This document shows, piece after piece, positions 1-12,539 of a DNA stretch of 64,000 nucleotides. The translations under genes were made by a program, and so were the position numbers. The DNA is taken from assembly GCA_019828565.1 (NCBI GenBank), contig JAHDYR010000064.1, forward strand, positions 1 to 64,000. The letters run 5' to 3'. This DNA is from Carpediemonas membranifera BICM (Eukaryota > Protista > Fornicata). Position 1 is the stretch's first letter. Each line of letters opens with the position of its first letter. Below the pieces are notes generated by a model, which did not search any database, had not been told where the DNA came from, and saw only the letters and a program-made list of their open reading frames with translations.

Positions 1-2627
1 CAAAAAGAACAGTATCCCCAAAAAATTGTGGGCGTTGCTGCGCCAAAGAGCAATAAATGACCACAAAGCATTCGCTTATGCACAATTAGCTGCCAGAAGA
101 ACACTACACCGTTACTTTTGGATCATTCCAGTTCGCCGGAGATGACGCAGGTCCAGAACGCTTTGCCTTGGAGGGCTGGTGAAGCGGTAGTGTAGCGCTT
201 ACTCGCCAAGCGGGCGATGGTCTCGACAGGACGGTTGACGGTCTCAGGTGGCCCTGCTCTTCGACGTACCAGGCGGACATGCCGATGACGGAGCGGCGCT
301 GACCCTGGCGGACGTTATCCTCGCCCTGGGTGAAGCTGTTCTTGCCGCAGTACACGTCGGTACCGATGGTGAGGCAGGGCTGTAGCATGGAGCCGAGAAA
401 CCATAAACTGCACGGATCCACAAACGTGGATTGGCCTGAACGACAGCGCTGATGCCCGACAGTCAGATATACATTCTGTTATTCCTGTCTCGCTCTCTTG
501 CTGTCGGATCGCGACGCTTAACCACTCAAATGCCTACATCTGTGGGGTAGACAAGACATGCCGCTTGTCCTTATCCTTCCGAGTCGAAACCTTCTGTTTT
601 CGAAAACCTTCCGAATCAAAGGTTCGGCAAAGGGTCTTTGGGTCTCGTTGTTGACATGCGACGGCAAGCCCACTCTGGGGTCCCGCATGAGCCCCCGCAC
701 ACGATGCAATGCCCTGACAGGACAGCGGGGGGTCATTTGTATCGGCCATATCTGTCTTAAGCTGCTCCACCTGGCTAGGAGTCGGGTTGCGGGGCCTGAT
801 CGTACCCGGGTCTTGCCTGTGTCTTCCGGGCCTGGGCCTCGGCTCATCCTGGTCTCTGACGTCCGAAGTCGTCATCGTTGCCTGCTCCAAAGTGGTGGGC
901 TCCGGCTGAGACCTGACGCCTGGCAGCCTGCGCATGTGGTCTTACGGCCGCCGCTACGCATCGGCCTCTCAATATCCTTCTCAAGACTGTTGACCTTCGT
1001 CGTCAGCGCATGATGTTCACTTGTCGCGAACGGCGACACTGGCGACAAGTATAGCGCGATGAACGTCTTGCCTGTGTCTTCTGGCCTGGAAGAATAGCCC
1101 AAATGACCTCAGATGCAGCAAGTTCCATACATTCGATGCTTTCTGGGTAAAATAGAAGCAAGCTGCCATAATCGCTGCAACAATCTTCCGCAAAAGGTCT
1201 CTGTCACGTGTATTATCAGCCATCAGTACTGTCACACCATTTTGAACTCATCAAATATTGGGCGTGCAATATCACGTAAAGGGCGTTTTGGAGGGAAATG
1301 ACGCTATTACCGTTGCTTTAGCACTAGTTTGATATTGAAGGTTCACTTTCAAGACTTTTTGCGTGGTCACCTTTGGAGAGGTGACGGTGCAACACCGAAG
1401 TTTTGTCTATACACGTCATATACAAGGTCTAATGCATCTTTGCCAACCACTTTTAAGCGTTTGTATGTGTGTCAGACGATCGAGTTCTGAAGAGCGACTT
1501 TTGGCCAAGTCATGCGACCTTATCCTGCACTGACGATACGAAAACCGATCATAAAATATTTATTGAGACATCTGCATGCAGTATTAATGTGTCCAGAGGT
1601 GAAGCTAGGTCTATAGAGTACGCACACCAACTTTAGGAACTGATCCGCGAGATTCGATCAAAATCGATCAAGAAACTGGAACCAATTCTGGAACCATTTG
1701 TTCCAGAAAAGGTACCAGAATTGACTGCATGACGTTGGGGGCGTTAGCACCATCACCGTCAGGGTCCAGCTGACCAAGGCTGGGTAGTCCCTTGCATGTT
1801 GACCTATCAACTGGCTGGCCCGATACCCCCAAAGTCGGGATAACCCAGGTCTTACACTCTTGGGGTCCTTCGGGCCCCCGTTCTGCCTGGCACCCGCAAG
1901 GCCTTGCCCTGCACACCCGCCACCGGGGCCTTCTGCTCGGTTTCCCCCTACGGGGCTCCTCTCGGGGATATGTTCTCCATACCATTCGACCCAGTTTGCA
2001 ATTTTTCAGGCACCCGCCGAAGCGGTTTCAGGCTTGGCGTTTGCCGTACCACGCAATTGGGCCGGTTATGAAACCCACCGATCATCGCTGGGTAGCTATA
2101 TGATTCACGGCTGCGTTCGGGCTCTTCCACACTTTCCGTTCCGGCATGGATCCCTCCTCAAGGATTTGTTCCCTATAGGGGCTTCTTCCCTAGCTTCCGG
2201 CTGGTTCCAAGTTTTGGGTGCCGGGCCGTTCGGCGCAGCTCTGATTTGGTCCAGGTGCCGCCCAGGTGGTATTGTTGCCTTATAGTTTACCCTCCTGTTT
2301 GGCTGCTGCGCCCGATACCTCGCACGTACGTGTATACATGGCATACGTGCCCCGCCCCTATGGCTCTGGGTTATTTCTTATACGTGTGAAGAGTGTGCCG
2401 GTTCTGCCGGCTGAATGTTGTCTACGTTCCCCAGTATGGGTGAGCGTTTGTGTGTTAGCGAGATTAGTGTTCGGGGTTGAGTCCCCCTTCCGCGGCTGGG
2501 TGCTACCGGGATACGTGGGGCTTGCGTCCCCCGCTGATCCCAGGAGCGCTCCGCTTCGGTTGAGGCGGGGGTTGGGTCCCAGTTTGACCCCTGGTCCCAG
2601 AGGTCATAGGATTCTGGGATGGTGTAC

Positions 2628-5600
2628 TTACCCATCTTTTCGGAGGTTCAGAAGGGCACGTCTGCCGTTCTGCAGTCCCTCTCTGACGGTATGGTCCTCG
2701 CTGCGGAGGAGCCAGAGCATTTCCAGGATTGCCCTTGAGTTGTACCACTCCGCCTCCTGCCCTTGCCTTAGGGCGTGGTACTGTGTGCGTAGATGCGCCT
2801 CCGCCAGGATGTCATTCCATCCTTCTGGGCGTTCTACCGCCTTGCATTGGCAGATGATGTGGCTTTGTGTTCCCCAGGGGCTGGTTGTATGCCCATTCTG
2901 AGAGGATTTTTGGTGGTTTCCGCCGCGGTTCTGGTGACAGTGTACGGGCGAGTAAATGGTGTCACCTTCTGAGTCCAGGGTACATAGGGGGCAACACCGC
3001 TTGATCCTGCTCAGGAGGGCCTGGGGCTGGCCGATCGCGCTCCCAAGTATGGCTCTGCTTCTGCCACTGTTGCTGGGGGAGGGAGTGTGTTGGATGCAGT
3101 CATGATTACTCTCTTGACTTCCCGTCTGGTTATCATCTCACCCTTGATCATTCCTGGTTTCTTGGGTCTCTTCCCTTGCTGCATGCTGAGGATGACTTCC
3201 GGGGCTAGTACTGTTGCCACCCCTTTGTCCGTTCGGCTCCCCGGTGTGCAGTAGTTCTTCTGCTGTGAGGGTCCAGCCTCCCCTCTTTGCTCTTTTCCCT
3301 GGCGGGCATCTCCTCCTGTGTGCCCTGGAGGACGCTCCGTCGCCATTGGTAGAGGCGATGTAAGACCGATCCTCTCTCCGCTGTCGCCCAGTCCAGATTC
3401 CCTAGGGGGTCGGACGGTCCGGGTCGTGCGCAGACTCATAGAGCCTCACCGCTCTCTGCCCCATATCTGCCTCCCCAGCACATCCATCCCATTAGTACAC
3501 GGGCGGCTCCTCCTCCCCCTGGTCCTGTGCCTGCCATTAGGCCGCGCCAGTTGTTCCAGATGGCTCTTCCCCTGGCGCTTGGCCCCAGATCTCGATCCCG
3601 AACTCGATCTTGGGCCGGAGGAATGTTCTGAGGATGGATTCCGAGGTGGCGGCCGGGGTGGATCCTTTGGTCCACCCTGCTCTCCTGCCAGGGCTAGGTA
3701 TTTCCGGGATTGTGACGTCTTCATTTTTGATGCATGCTGCCAACGGATTCTTCCCGCTGGCTAGCCAGAGTCCCAGATACCTTGCTGAGTCTGACGCCAG
3801 TGTGGGAGTTCCTTGGATGCTGACCGCTGCAGTTACGTCGGTACTTATCACCACACTTTTTGCCTGGGCTGGTCTGGAGTCCATGGGCTTCAATTACCCT
3901 GACCACTGCGTCTGTGCCTTCTTCGGCGAGCTGCGGGGTCTCGGCTGAGATGCTTGTATCATCTACAAACATTGCAATGAGGCAGTTTTTGGGCCTATCG
4001 TCCGTTGGAGGGAGGCAGGGGTCCGGGATCTCTCTATGCCGGAGGTACAGTGCCGCCTGGCTTAGCCAGTTAGCTGTGAAGAGAATGAACAGAGTGGGGG
4101 GGCCACCACACATCCTTGCTTGACCCCCATGTTTGTTCTGGACCATGTGCTTGCCCCTCGTACCGAGATGTACGTTTCTGTAAGTGTATTTCGGATGGCC
4201 CTCGTCAGTCTTGGGTGTACCCCCATGAGCGTCAACTTGTTCACCAGCAGGTCCCTTGGGACCGTATCATATCTTTTGCTATGTCAAGTAGGACGCTGGT
4301 ACGGTTTCCGGACTGGTGGAGTTGGGCTAGGAGGGCTATGTGATCCACTACAGTTTTTCCCTTTCATGAACCCAACTTGCTCTCTGGGGATGAACTTCTC
4401 CACCGTCGGCCTGAGGCGCCATTTCAGTATCCTCCCGTAGGCTCTGTATAGGAGGGGGTGAGGGAGATCGGTCTGTACGAGCTGGGCGTGAGCTTGTCCT
4501 TCCCAACCTTGTGGATAGGCGACACCGCTGCATACTTCCATGTGGTTGGCATGGTCCCGCTGTCGTATACTTTCGCGAGCAGGACTGTGATTGCCTCGTA
4601 CGCTGACTCGGGGAGGTCCCTCAGACAATCTCCAATAATCCCGTCCGGGCCTCCGGCCGAGGACTTCCCTTATGGACTTGACCGCCGCTGTCACTTCTTC
4701 AAGCGATGGCGGATGGTCCTCCATGTCCGTTTCCGGCTCGGTTTCCCAGGTGGGTTCCCAGGTGGGTTCCTTCCCGGAGCTTACCTTCGCGTACTGCTCC
4801 TGGAGGGAGTCTGCAATCTCCCTCTGCCTTGCTAGAATCTTGTTTCCAGCCTTCAGCATCACCGGGAGACCGGCGTGCTGCTTCTCGTTCAGAAGCGGAA
4901 CACTTGGTTTTGCGAGGATCCTTTTTTTGTCGTTTTTGTACCCATCACGGGATCCAACCTCAACCTGCTCATTCCAGTCATGTTGGAAGGTCCTCCATGA
5001 TCTGCTCAGTGCTCCGTTGAGGGACTTTTTGATATCTTTGGCGGCGGTTTTTGCTCCAGGTGGAGGCTTTTGGCCAGCCGTTCCCCATACCTCACTAGGG
5101 ATACGTTCCTGGTTTTCTACAGCGAATGGGTGCCTTCTGGAGGTAGCAAACCCGGTGGACAACCATTTCCTTATGAGAGTCTCCATCTCGTCCACTGGTA
5201 TTTTTGCTGTCTAGTGGTGGCCACTCTTCTAGCTTGGGCCCTGTTCTCCTGGGTTTGACCAGCCACGTATCGATCCGTGGGATTTCCAGTCTCTTTGATA
5301 TCTCTGGTTTCCCTGTCGGGTTGCTATCCCAGGTGAGCTCTATGGCTTTTGTGTGCCGACCCCCAGTGCCCGATTGTGGTCTTGTCTATTACCCTAACAA
5401 CCGGGTTTTGGATACCCCCTGTTACCGCTGCATAGTCTATTGTGGACGTTCGGGAGTTAGTCCCGTACGTCGGTGCAGTTGGTGCTATTGGGGTGAGGTT
5501 CCATCGCTGGAGGGTCATCGCAGTTGCTTGCCTGAGTTTCCCTGGCCTCCTGTTCCAGTCCCCGATGATGATGATGTCACACCCCTCATAGTTCGCGACG

Positions 5601-6015
5601 GTTTTGCTCTAGCATCCGGTCGAACTCCTCAATCTCGGGTCGTGCACATCCACTATCGGGAGCGTAGATATTGATGACTGCCGTGGCCCTCGATGCTTTG
5701 AGGATGCTTACTTGGATTCGTGGGTTCGTCCCGTCGGACACGCCTACGTCCCCATTCCGCTTTGGAGTGCGGGCTAATCAGTGTGGCCAGTCCCTTTGTG
5801 GGTCGCTTGCGCGTTGCCTCTAATGGCTTGACCTCTCCTGCACAGGCGTACTGGAGATCTACCCAGCAAGGGATGGTGGTATTACCGTACCGCTTGGTTT
5901 CCTGGAGGAGGATCGCATCAGTCCTTATCCTCTTGCGGATGGATAAAGCTATGGATCCGCTGTAATCGTTTGCGCCCGCTAGGTGCCCTTCGCTGTTTAG
6001 CGATATTATTCTCAT
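2628..6015 (-). CDS. Family A ORF2: APE endonuclease + reverse transcriptase + CCHC-like C-terminus (multiply frameshifted in this assembly)
   Basis: MRIISLNSEG, DAILLQET, IDYAAV (APE); REQVGF, GVKQGCVVAP, LFILF, MFVDD, RYLG (RT). Stop after RALLNLRKDG, assigned by homology with B. Confidence 0.88.
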
Positions 6016-6284
6016 TCAGGTTGTTCTGACATAAACTGCGGGAGTTACCCTGCGCGCACTAATCTGCTCTTTGTAGACATTCCCTTTTTTGGGCGTACCT
6101 TTTGGTGGGTTGCTGAGGGCCTCTAACCGAGCAGTCGTTTCCTTTTTGGGCAGGCTTGTGCCTGTATTCCCTTAGTTCCCGGCCTAGGGCATACCATTCC
6201 CTTTCACAGTCGGGGGCCTCACGATGCTTGTCGGCATTGCTGCCGGTCTCCGCTTAGCTTCCTTCCTCGCCGCATGGCAGGACC

Positions 6285-6425
6285 ATTACCTAACGAGCTT
6301 AGGTGGGAGCGACAGTGGTTGTTGCCCCTCCCAAGGCTGGAGTTACAGCCTGCCGGACAGGCAGGGCTCTTTTTACCTTTTGGTAACCCTGCCCCCCAGC
6401 CCCTGTGGGGGCACAGGGGTTTGTT
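6285..6425 (-). ncRNA. Conserved structured RNA between ORF1 and ORF2 (family A)
   Basis: Island of nucleotide conservation with 46432-46575, with compensatory helix changes, in an otherwise unalignable spacer. Confidence 0.6.
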
Positions 6426-6598
6426 GAAAAAAAGAATGTGTTGCATTTTTTTGCTCCCGCCGGAATGGTTCGCCGGTGTCCATTTGGACTTTAAGGCCCT
6501 ACTAGTCACAGCCTGGCCATACTTGCTGGTTCATATATACACTTTTTAGCTCAGACTTATATCACACTACCCTCTCCACCTCTTACTTATGATTGTTT

Positions 6599-9500
6599 CT
6601 ACTCTCCTTCCTTCTCCTCGCCTCTCTTCCTTCTCAGGTCAGACCTGAAGTTATCCATCTTGGCTGCTAGGGTGAAGCTGAGGGCTTCGTTGGTCGCCGA
6701 GAGTCGGGCCGCGCGGCTGAGTAAGTCCTCGTTCTCTTCGGTTAGAGACGAGCACTTCTCCGTTGTCTTCCTGAGGTCCTTCCGCATCTCGTCCAACGCA
6801 GCTTGGGCTGCTCTCCGGGCTTCCCGTTCTTCCTCCAGCTCCTGGCTTTTTTGGCCTTGAGCTCGTTGATGGTTCTGGCTGCAGCTTCTTCCAGCTGTTG
6901 TCTGACCTCTGCTTCTCGCCGGGCCATGGCTTGGTCCAGCAGGGGCCGCTATGCCTCTGCCCAGGTCGGTGTCCTCCTGTCGTGCTCTTTTTGGGCTGCA
7001 GGTCCTCTTGGTCCACCTGTCTGACCTGGCGGGTCTTGGCTGATGGGTTGGGGGGTATGGGGGGCACAGCTCTTAGTTGGAGGGGCCCGGGCTCTGTTCG
7101 CTCTGTCCTGCTACTTTGCGGTTGTTCAGTGACAATTTGCCCGCGTGGAGGGCCATATAGGCCCCCTATGCCGCCATTCGGCAGGTAGACCTCCGTCCTC
7201 CTGTGGAGCATCTTGGCGAGTTCAGTAGCCCTTCGTCTCACCTTTGTTCGAAGCGCCTGCTTCCTCTCGGTCCTCAGTCTGTTCTTGGCGTTAGTGCTGG
7301 CGCCTTCCGGGAAAAACACAGTTCAGCGTGTCCCATGGCTTCCCCCTTTTGGGTGTTCCACGCCTGAGCCCGCCAGGGCGAGTTTGCGCCTATCCAGGAG
7401 GCGCTCCTCAAGGTGCCCACTCGCCTCTTTCCCTCTTTCTGCTGGTTCATCCGTGATACCCCAGTCCCGGGGGAGGAACGAGGGGAGGAAGTTGATGGAG
7501 CCTGTCTCCGGGTCGACACACATGTTGGCCAGGAGTTCTCGATCGTCGGCTGGGACCTCCGTGAAGTAGTTGAAGATCTTCTTCCTGGCTTCTCTGCCCA
7601 TGTGGCCTCCAGCTATGTCGAATTTGTGGACGGGCATCAAAGACGCCGCTTGGGATAGGGTCATCGTTTTTGGTGTCGCTGACGTCTAGAGTAAGCATCT
7701 TTTTCCGCGTCTATTTCCGTGGGCTCCCCCTCAGGTTCGCCCAAGGGAAACCGTCTTGGACAGCGTGGCGGCGCCCGTTCCACTCCGAGTGGATTTCCAG
7801 GAGGATGGGTCGCGCTAGTTCGCCTACTCTCGCGAGCGATTCTGGGTTTCCGATGATCACGGCTGTTCCTTCCAGGGCTCTGGTGATACCCTTTCCGGAG
7901 CTGAAATCGTTTTTCCTCCCAGTTGGTCATGATAATCTGGCCCCGTTTGGGGTTCTTGGTGCCAAAGAGGTTGACTTGTTGGGACAATGGGGTTAGGCGA
8001 CCGGCCGCCACGGTGCCGAGGCCGTGTCTGGCGTTGACTTTGGTCGCCAGGTCCTTGTATTCATCATGGTACGGCGACTCCCTGCCCATGAGCATGCTTC
8101 CTAGGGCTGTGAGGTGGGCTTCTACCTGCCCCCAGTCCCAGCCTGGGTTGTCTCTCATCCAGAACGCTGTTGCTAGTCTGGCGTAGAATATGGAGACATC
8201 TGCTAGGGCGCAGTGGCAGTGGTGGGGTGCGTGCTTGTGATAGGGGGCACACCAATTTTGCCTCCGGGCGCTGTTGGTACCTTCTGGTCCAGGTCCGGCC
8301 CAGTTCGGACTGGGGTCGGGAGGGGAGGCCGGTGAGGCTCTTCTCCCCACTATTGGGGGTAGAACCAGGTCAGCGTGTCGAGGATGTTGGGGGAAGATCG
8401 TGTTGAGGTCAGTTTCATCCATGAGGCGTAAGCTTAGCCAGGTGCGGAGGTTCCCGTCTGGGACGAACTTCTCACTGGTCAGGATGCTTCTCTCAGCCTC
8501 GACTCCCTTAGCCACGATGTGGACGTGGGTCTTCTGTGGCCCCGAGTCGTCTTCCAGTCTCTTCAGCTCTGTAGCCATCTCGGTGCACCATCGCTTGGCG
8601 TGGGGAAGTCTGCTTCGTATCCCTTGGGGGGCTTTGCCCGTGGTGACGTCGACAAACGTAGCTGGTGGGCAGCCATGGATGTAGTGCGTGGCCCACAGAC
8701 ATTGGTCCAGGGCATCCACTGTGATGTCTTCCCCAAGCATCCCGTGCATGTAGTAGAGGATTTGCTCGTTAGCTGGGTCGAAAATCAGTGCCGCCCCTTC
8801 GCAAATGATGGCCTCGTCTCCTTGGTTGGATCTGGCTCTTCCTTCCTCAAAGTCCACCATAGCGATCAACTGCCTGGTGGTGTTGGCTCGTTGGGTGATA
8901 TTGGAACGAGGCGGGCTAGCTCCCATGCTGGGCCCGCATGTGCCCTTGTTTGGCGTGGTGGGTGTGTCATCAGGGCCGGAAGTCCTGCTGCCGCTCGGGC
9001 CCAGGGGGTTTCTTCTTCGTTAGTACCCAGGGCTCCATGAGATGCCCCGTCCCGTACGGGCTCTATAACTTGGGTCTGCCCCGTTGTGAGCCAGTAGTTA
9101 GTGATGTTGCGCGTCAGAAAGGGAGGCAGACACCAGTTCGCGGGCAATCCTCGCGGGTGGGGGCCAGAGACGCCTGGTCTTATCCCATGCCGACCAGAGT
9201 TCGGGGAAGCCGGGGACTGACCACCGTTGGATGAGGTCTCTGACCTCCTCCCTCAGGTCTGCCTCTGCTGCCGAAGGCTCTTCTTCCAGGGGTGGGGGTG
9301 GGAAGACTGGCCTCATCACACCCTCGGTTCTGCTGTAGATGAGGATCTCCTCGACGGGGCCCTGGGTCCAAATCTGGATGGGCGTGCCGTCTGGTCTGCG
9401 GAAACCTCCCTCCGGGGGTGAGGGGCGTGGTAGCCTTGCCCTTTGGCTAGTTCCCGGCCTAGATCGGCCCAGAGCTTCTTGTTTTCGCGTCCTAGTGAGG

Positions 9501-10447
9501 GGAGCCCTCTGGCTGCAGCTCCCGCGGAGATGGCGTGTCCGGCGGCATGGAGGAGCCACATTGCAGCCTCCATCCCGTACTTGGTCTGGATGCCGTTGCC
9601 TGAGATCGAAGAATGTCCTGCAGCTTGCAGCGATGTTGCCACGAGCTCTAGGAGGAGCGTCCTTGCGACCTTTCCCGTTCGGGCAGTGAAGTCCGTTGCG
9701 TCATCTCTGGTGAAGACCATGGCAACGTCCCTTGTGGGAATAGCCGCATCTGCTGAGGCTCTGATGCAGTCCCATTCGTCCGGTGTGGCCAGTTGCTTGC
9801 CCAGTGGCGTTAACGACTCCTTGATCCCATTTGGGGGTGGTGTTTGCGCAATCCAAGGCGTCTGGGACGCTTTGGGAGCTGTTCGAGGTCATTGTGTGGC
9901 GTGGTCTCGAAAAAGTCCCGGTTATGGATTCGGCCGAGATCAAGGCCCTCCTCCACGGGGGAGAAGTGATGGGGTGTGTTGATCACTAGCTGGTGCCGTC
10001 TGGCTCGTCCGGTGGGGATGTGCTACGTACTTGGAGTAGTCCGCCTGGACTCTGGGGTAGAACACAAATTTGGGGGACCCTGGGCGAAGCCGGCTTAGTG
10101 TCTCCGCCTGCTCTAGGTCCAGCCGGTTCCCTTCAATGAATAGCCAGTATGACTGTTGGGCGGCTTTTTGTGTACCGTCTCAGGAGGGGAAGTGATGCAA
10201 ACAGCTTCTTGGCCCGGCTTTTCCGGAGCTCCCCTGGGCCTTCCTTTGCTGTAAAGCTTCCCTGTTCTGGGTCTACAATCTTGTCGTATCCTATCGCGTT
10301 GCCGAGCTGGATAATGGACGTATTTGCTTTTTCCCTTCTGGTTTTCCTGAGATCCCTTCTGGGTGCAGCCTTAAGGGCGAATAAGCCATAAATCATGCTT
10401 TCTTCCCTATCTGGCATGTCCCTGTTGGGATATTCCCCTGTTTCCAT
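6599..10447 (-). CDS. Family A ORF1, ~1280 aa (frameshifted): novel N-terminal region, DEDDh exonuclease-like domain, C-terminal coiled coil
   Basis: Consecutive minus-strand ORF pieces (10133-10459, 9316-9720, 9098-9559, 7661-8926, 7323-7664, 6651-7319, 6599-6796), mostly alignable in order with family B ORF1 (GYDKIVDP/GYSKIKDP, IYSRTEGVMRPV/VYSRTDGVTRPV, TLSQAASL). Confidence 0.8.
8190..8870 (-). other. DEDDh 3'-5' exonuclease-like domain with Zn site (arenavirus NP/Maelstrom-like) in family A ORF1
   Basis: VDFE...ICEG...YIHG...VAKGVEAER...C(A)PYH...HCALAD. Confidence 0.75.
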
Positions 10448-10722
10448 TTGGAGTGGCAAAAGGCGGGAAGTGCACTTTTGCCAGCTTCTTGGAGGGGCTT
10501 GAGGAGGTTTGGTGGAGGTTCCAAGGGGCGCCAGCCAGCGATGTCCTGGTCTTGTATGGCTCCTTTCCCTTCCTCAGGGCGGATGGTTCAGGGGCGAGGT
10601 ATGCGAGGTTTGTTGCGGACCTTGTTTCCACACAAAACATGTCTGGCGAAAACCCAAAAGGGAACCTTATTGCAGGGACAGGGGAGCATCGCCCCACACG
10701 GGGCTGCTGTCCCTTATTCCCC

Positions 10723-11371
10723 ATGCGTCCGTTCCATCTCTCCTTCCACCTTCACGCCTCCTCCTGGCCATTCGGCCGGCGCCTCCGCTGCCCAGCGGTC
10801 CCCAGAGGGGGAGGTGCATTACCAGGGGTTATGCACTCCGATCCCTATCGAGTCCTTGGCCCGAGTACGGCCTGGACTCCGATTTCGGGGGCGCCGCCTC
10901 TTTCCCGGGAAGCAGGGCCCTCTTCGCACTCCGACGGGGGATCCCATATTCCCCTCCGGGCCCCAGGGTAGTCCCTTGCCTTGTGGCGGCAGGGGCTTCA
11001 CCGCTCCTTCTCGGGAGTCCCCGACTCCTGGCCCGGCGACTCCTCGGGGTTGGGAGGCGCATTTCCTGCGGACCATAGCTGACGATTTTGCCCAGGTGGA
11101 CGTCCTGGCCAGCCGGTGGCGGGAGCGTGCCGCTGCTTTTTCCTACCTGGCTCAGAATTACCGTGACGAGGACCTGAGTCCCCACGAGTCTAAGTCGGCT
11201 CGGGGTTTCGACGCTGAGCTGAGGGGCCAAATGCGGGTCTATAAGCGCCTTCGTGCTCGCATAGACGCCCGGCTGCACCAGCTGGTTGCCATTCACGCCC
11301 CTCGTCCTGTATCTTGTGGTCGCAGCCCGGTTGTTTCCTTCCTGGGTCGCGTCACTCCCAAGAGGTTGTGA
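10723..11371 (+). CDS. Antisense ORF within the family A 5' leader (start approximate, probable frameshift)
   Basis: The C-terminal ~100 aa aligns with the antisense ORF of family B (41013-41549). Confidence 0.65.
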
Positions 11372-12082
11372 GTCCTGGTAAACACCGTGATGGTTTATGC
11401 CTTTTGGCTTCGGCTGGGCGTTTCTTGTGGGGCTGTGGACGGGGCCCTCAGCGCTCCCGGTCTGTTGTCCGGTATGGCTGGTGTACTGGGGGCCTGTTGT
11501 GGTGGCCTTGTTGCCTATGCCGGCGGCGGGCGGCGATCCCGGCTCTCGTGGCGATGACGTCCACAAGCCCGGTCTTGGGCGGCATGAGAGCACGGGCGCC
11601 GGAGTAGTGTGGCCCAGTGGCCTCCCAGTGAGAGCCTATTGGCCGCCGGTCCCGGTGCTCTCGGGTTACTTTGCCATATGGCCCCAGTTAAGTTGTCTGA
11701 GGCAATCGTGTCGCAGTGCCTCTGGGGCCTACTGCGGGTACCGGTTACGGTAGGGGTTTCAATCATAAAGGTGGCGCAGTACGCTTGTTCGCGTTGATTT
11801 CCCTTGTGGGTTTGTGCGAGGAGCGTTTAGTTGCGTCTGGTCCCCTTGTGGGTCCCAGGAGCATGGGCGGTAGGTTTTGTTTGTTGTTAGAGTACTGTGT
11901 ATTCTGTCAACGCTTTCCTACCGAGGCTAACTTATTCCCTTTTGGGTGGTTTTTGCCTCTGTGCATTTTTTTGGGCACACGAGGACGATCATCTGTTGCT
12001 CGACATAGCTTGGCGCACGGCGAGGTATACAGGGCAGGGGAGTGGGCTCCAGGTGAGGTGGTGCGCACCTCACCTGGAGCAG

Positions 12083-12398
12083 CCAGTTGTCCTCTGCCGG
12101 CCCGCTCTGGCGCTAACCTGCTTCGCAACGGGCGATCTCCTCCGGGGAGCAATTTGCTTCCCCAATGTGCCCTATGGCTAGTGGGTTAGGAGAATACTTC
12201 CCATTTCTGCTCTCGTGCCCCAGAGCAGACGAACTCTTGGTCCTGAAATTACCATTTGGTGGATGCTGGCGCCGCGGGGCACCGTCGCTCGCTTCGAGCT
12301 CGAATAGCTTTCAATGAGATCCGATAAATCCCGATTGCCAGCTTTTGGCCTTTTTCCGGTTGGTTTCGTCAACTTCCCATACCGGACATTTCCAACTG
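12083..12398 (-). ncRNA. Conserved ~316-nt structured RNA at the 5' terminus of family A
   Basis: Terminal CAGTTG pairs with CAACTG ~310 nt downstream; internal helices are shared with 40209-40524. Confidence 0.6.
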
Positions 12399-12539
12399 AC
12401 TCCCCGCTTCAACAACAACAACCGTCGTGCCCCGGCAACCGACCTCGGACCGGGGCGGGCCCAGTAGAGGCCAGAGAAGGGTTAAGCCTGAACCCGATGA
12501 CTATAAAAGGCTCGATATACTTCGAAGAGTTTTATTGCA

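Larger units (their letters stand above)
1737..12398 (-). mobile_element. Large APE-type non-LTR retrotransposon, family A (5' end intact, extreme 3' end missing)
   Basis: Colinear homology to the TSD-bounded family B element. The 5' terminus CAGTTGGAAATGTCCGGTATGG matches B CAGTTAAAATGTCCGGTATGG, and ORF1, ORF2 (APE-RT) and the 3' UTR match B down to ~1737. No tail or TSD is seen. Confidence 0.88.

Noticed and set aside
1525-1550. CTGACGA...GAAA hammerhead-like core
   Set aside because: There is no room for stem II and no flanking stems I/III.
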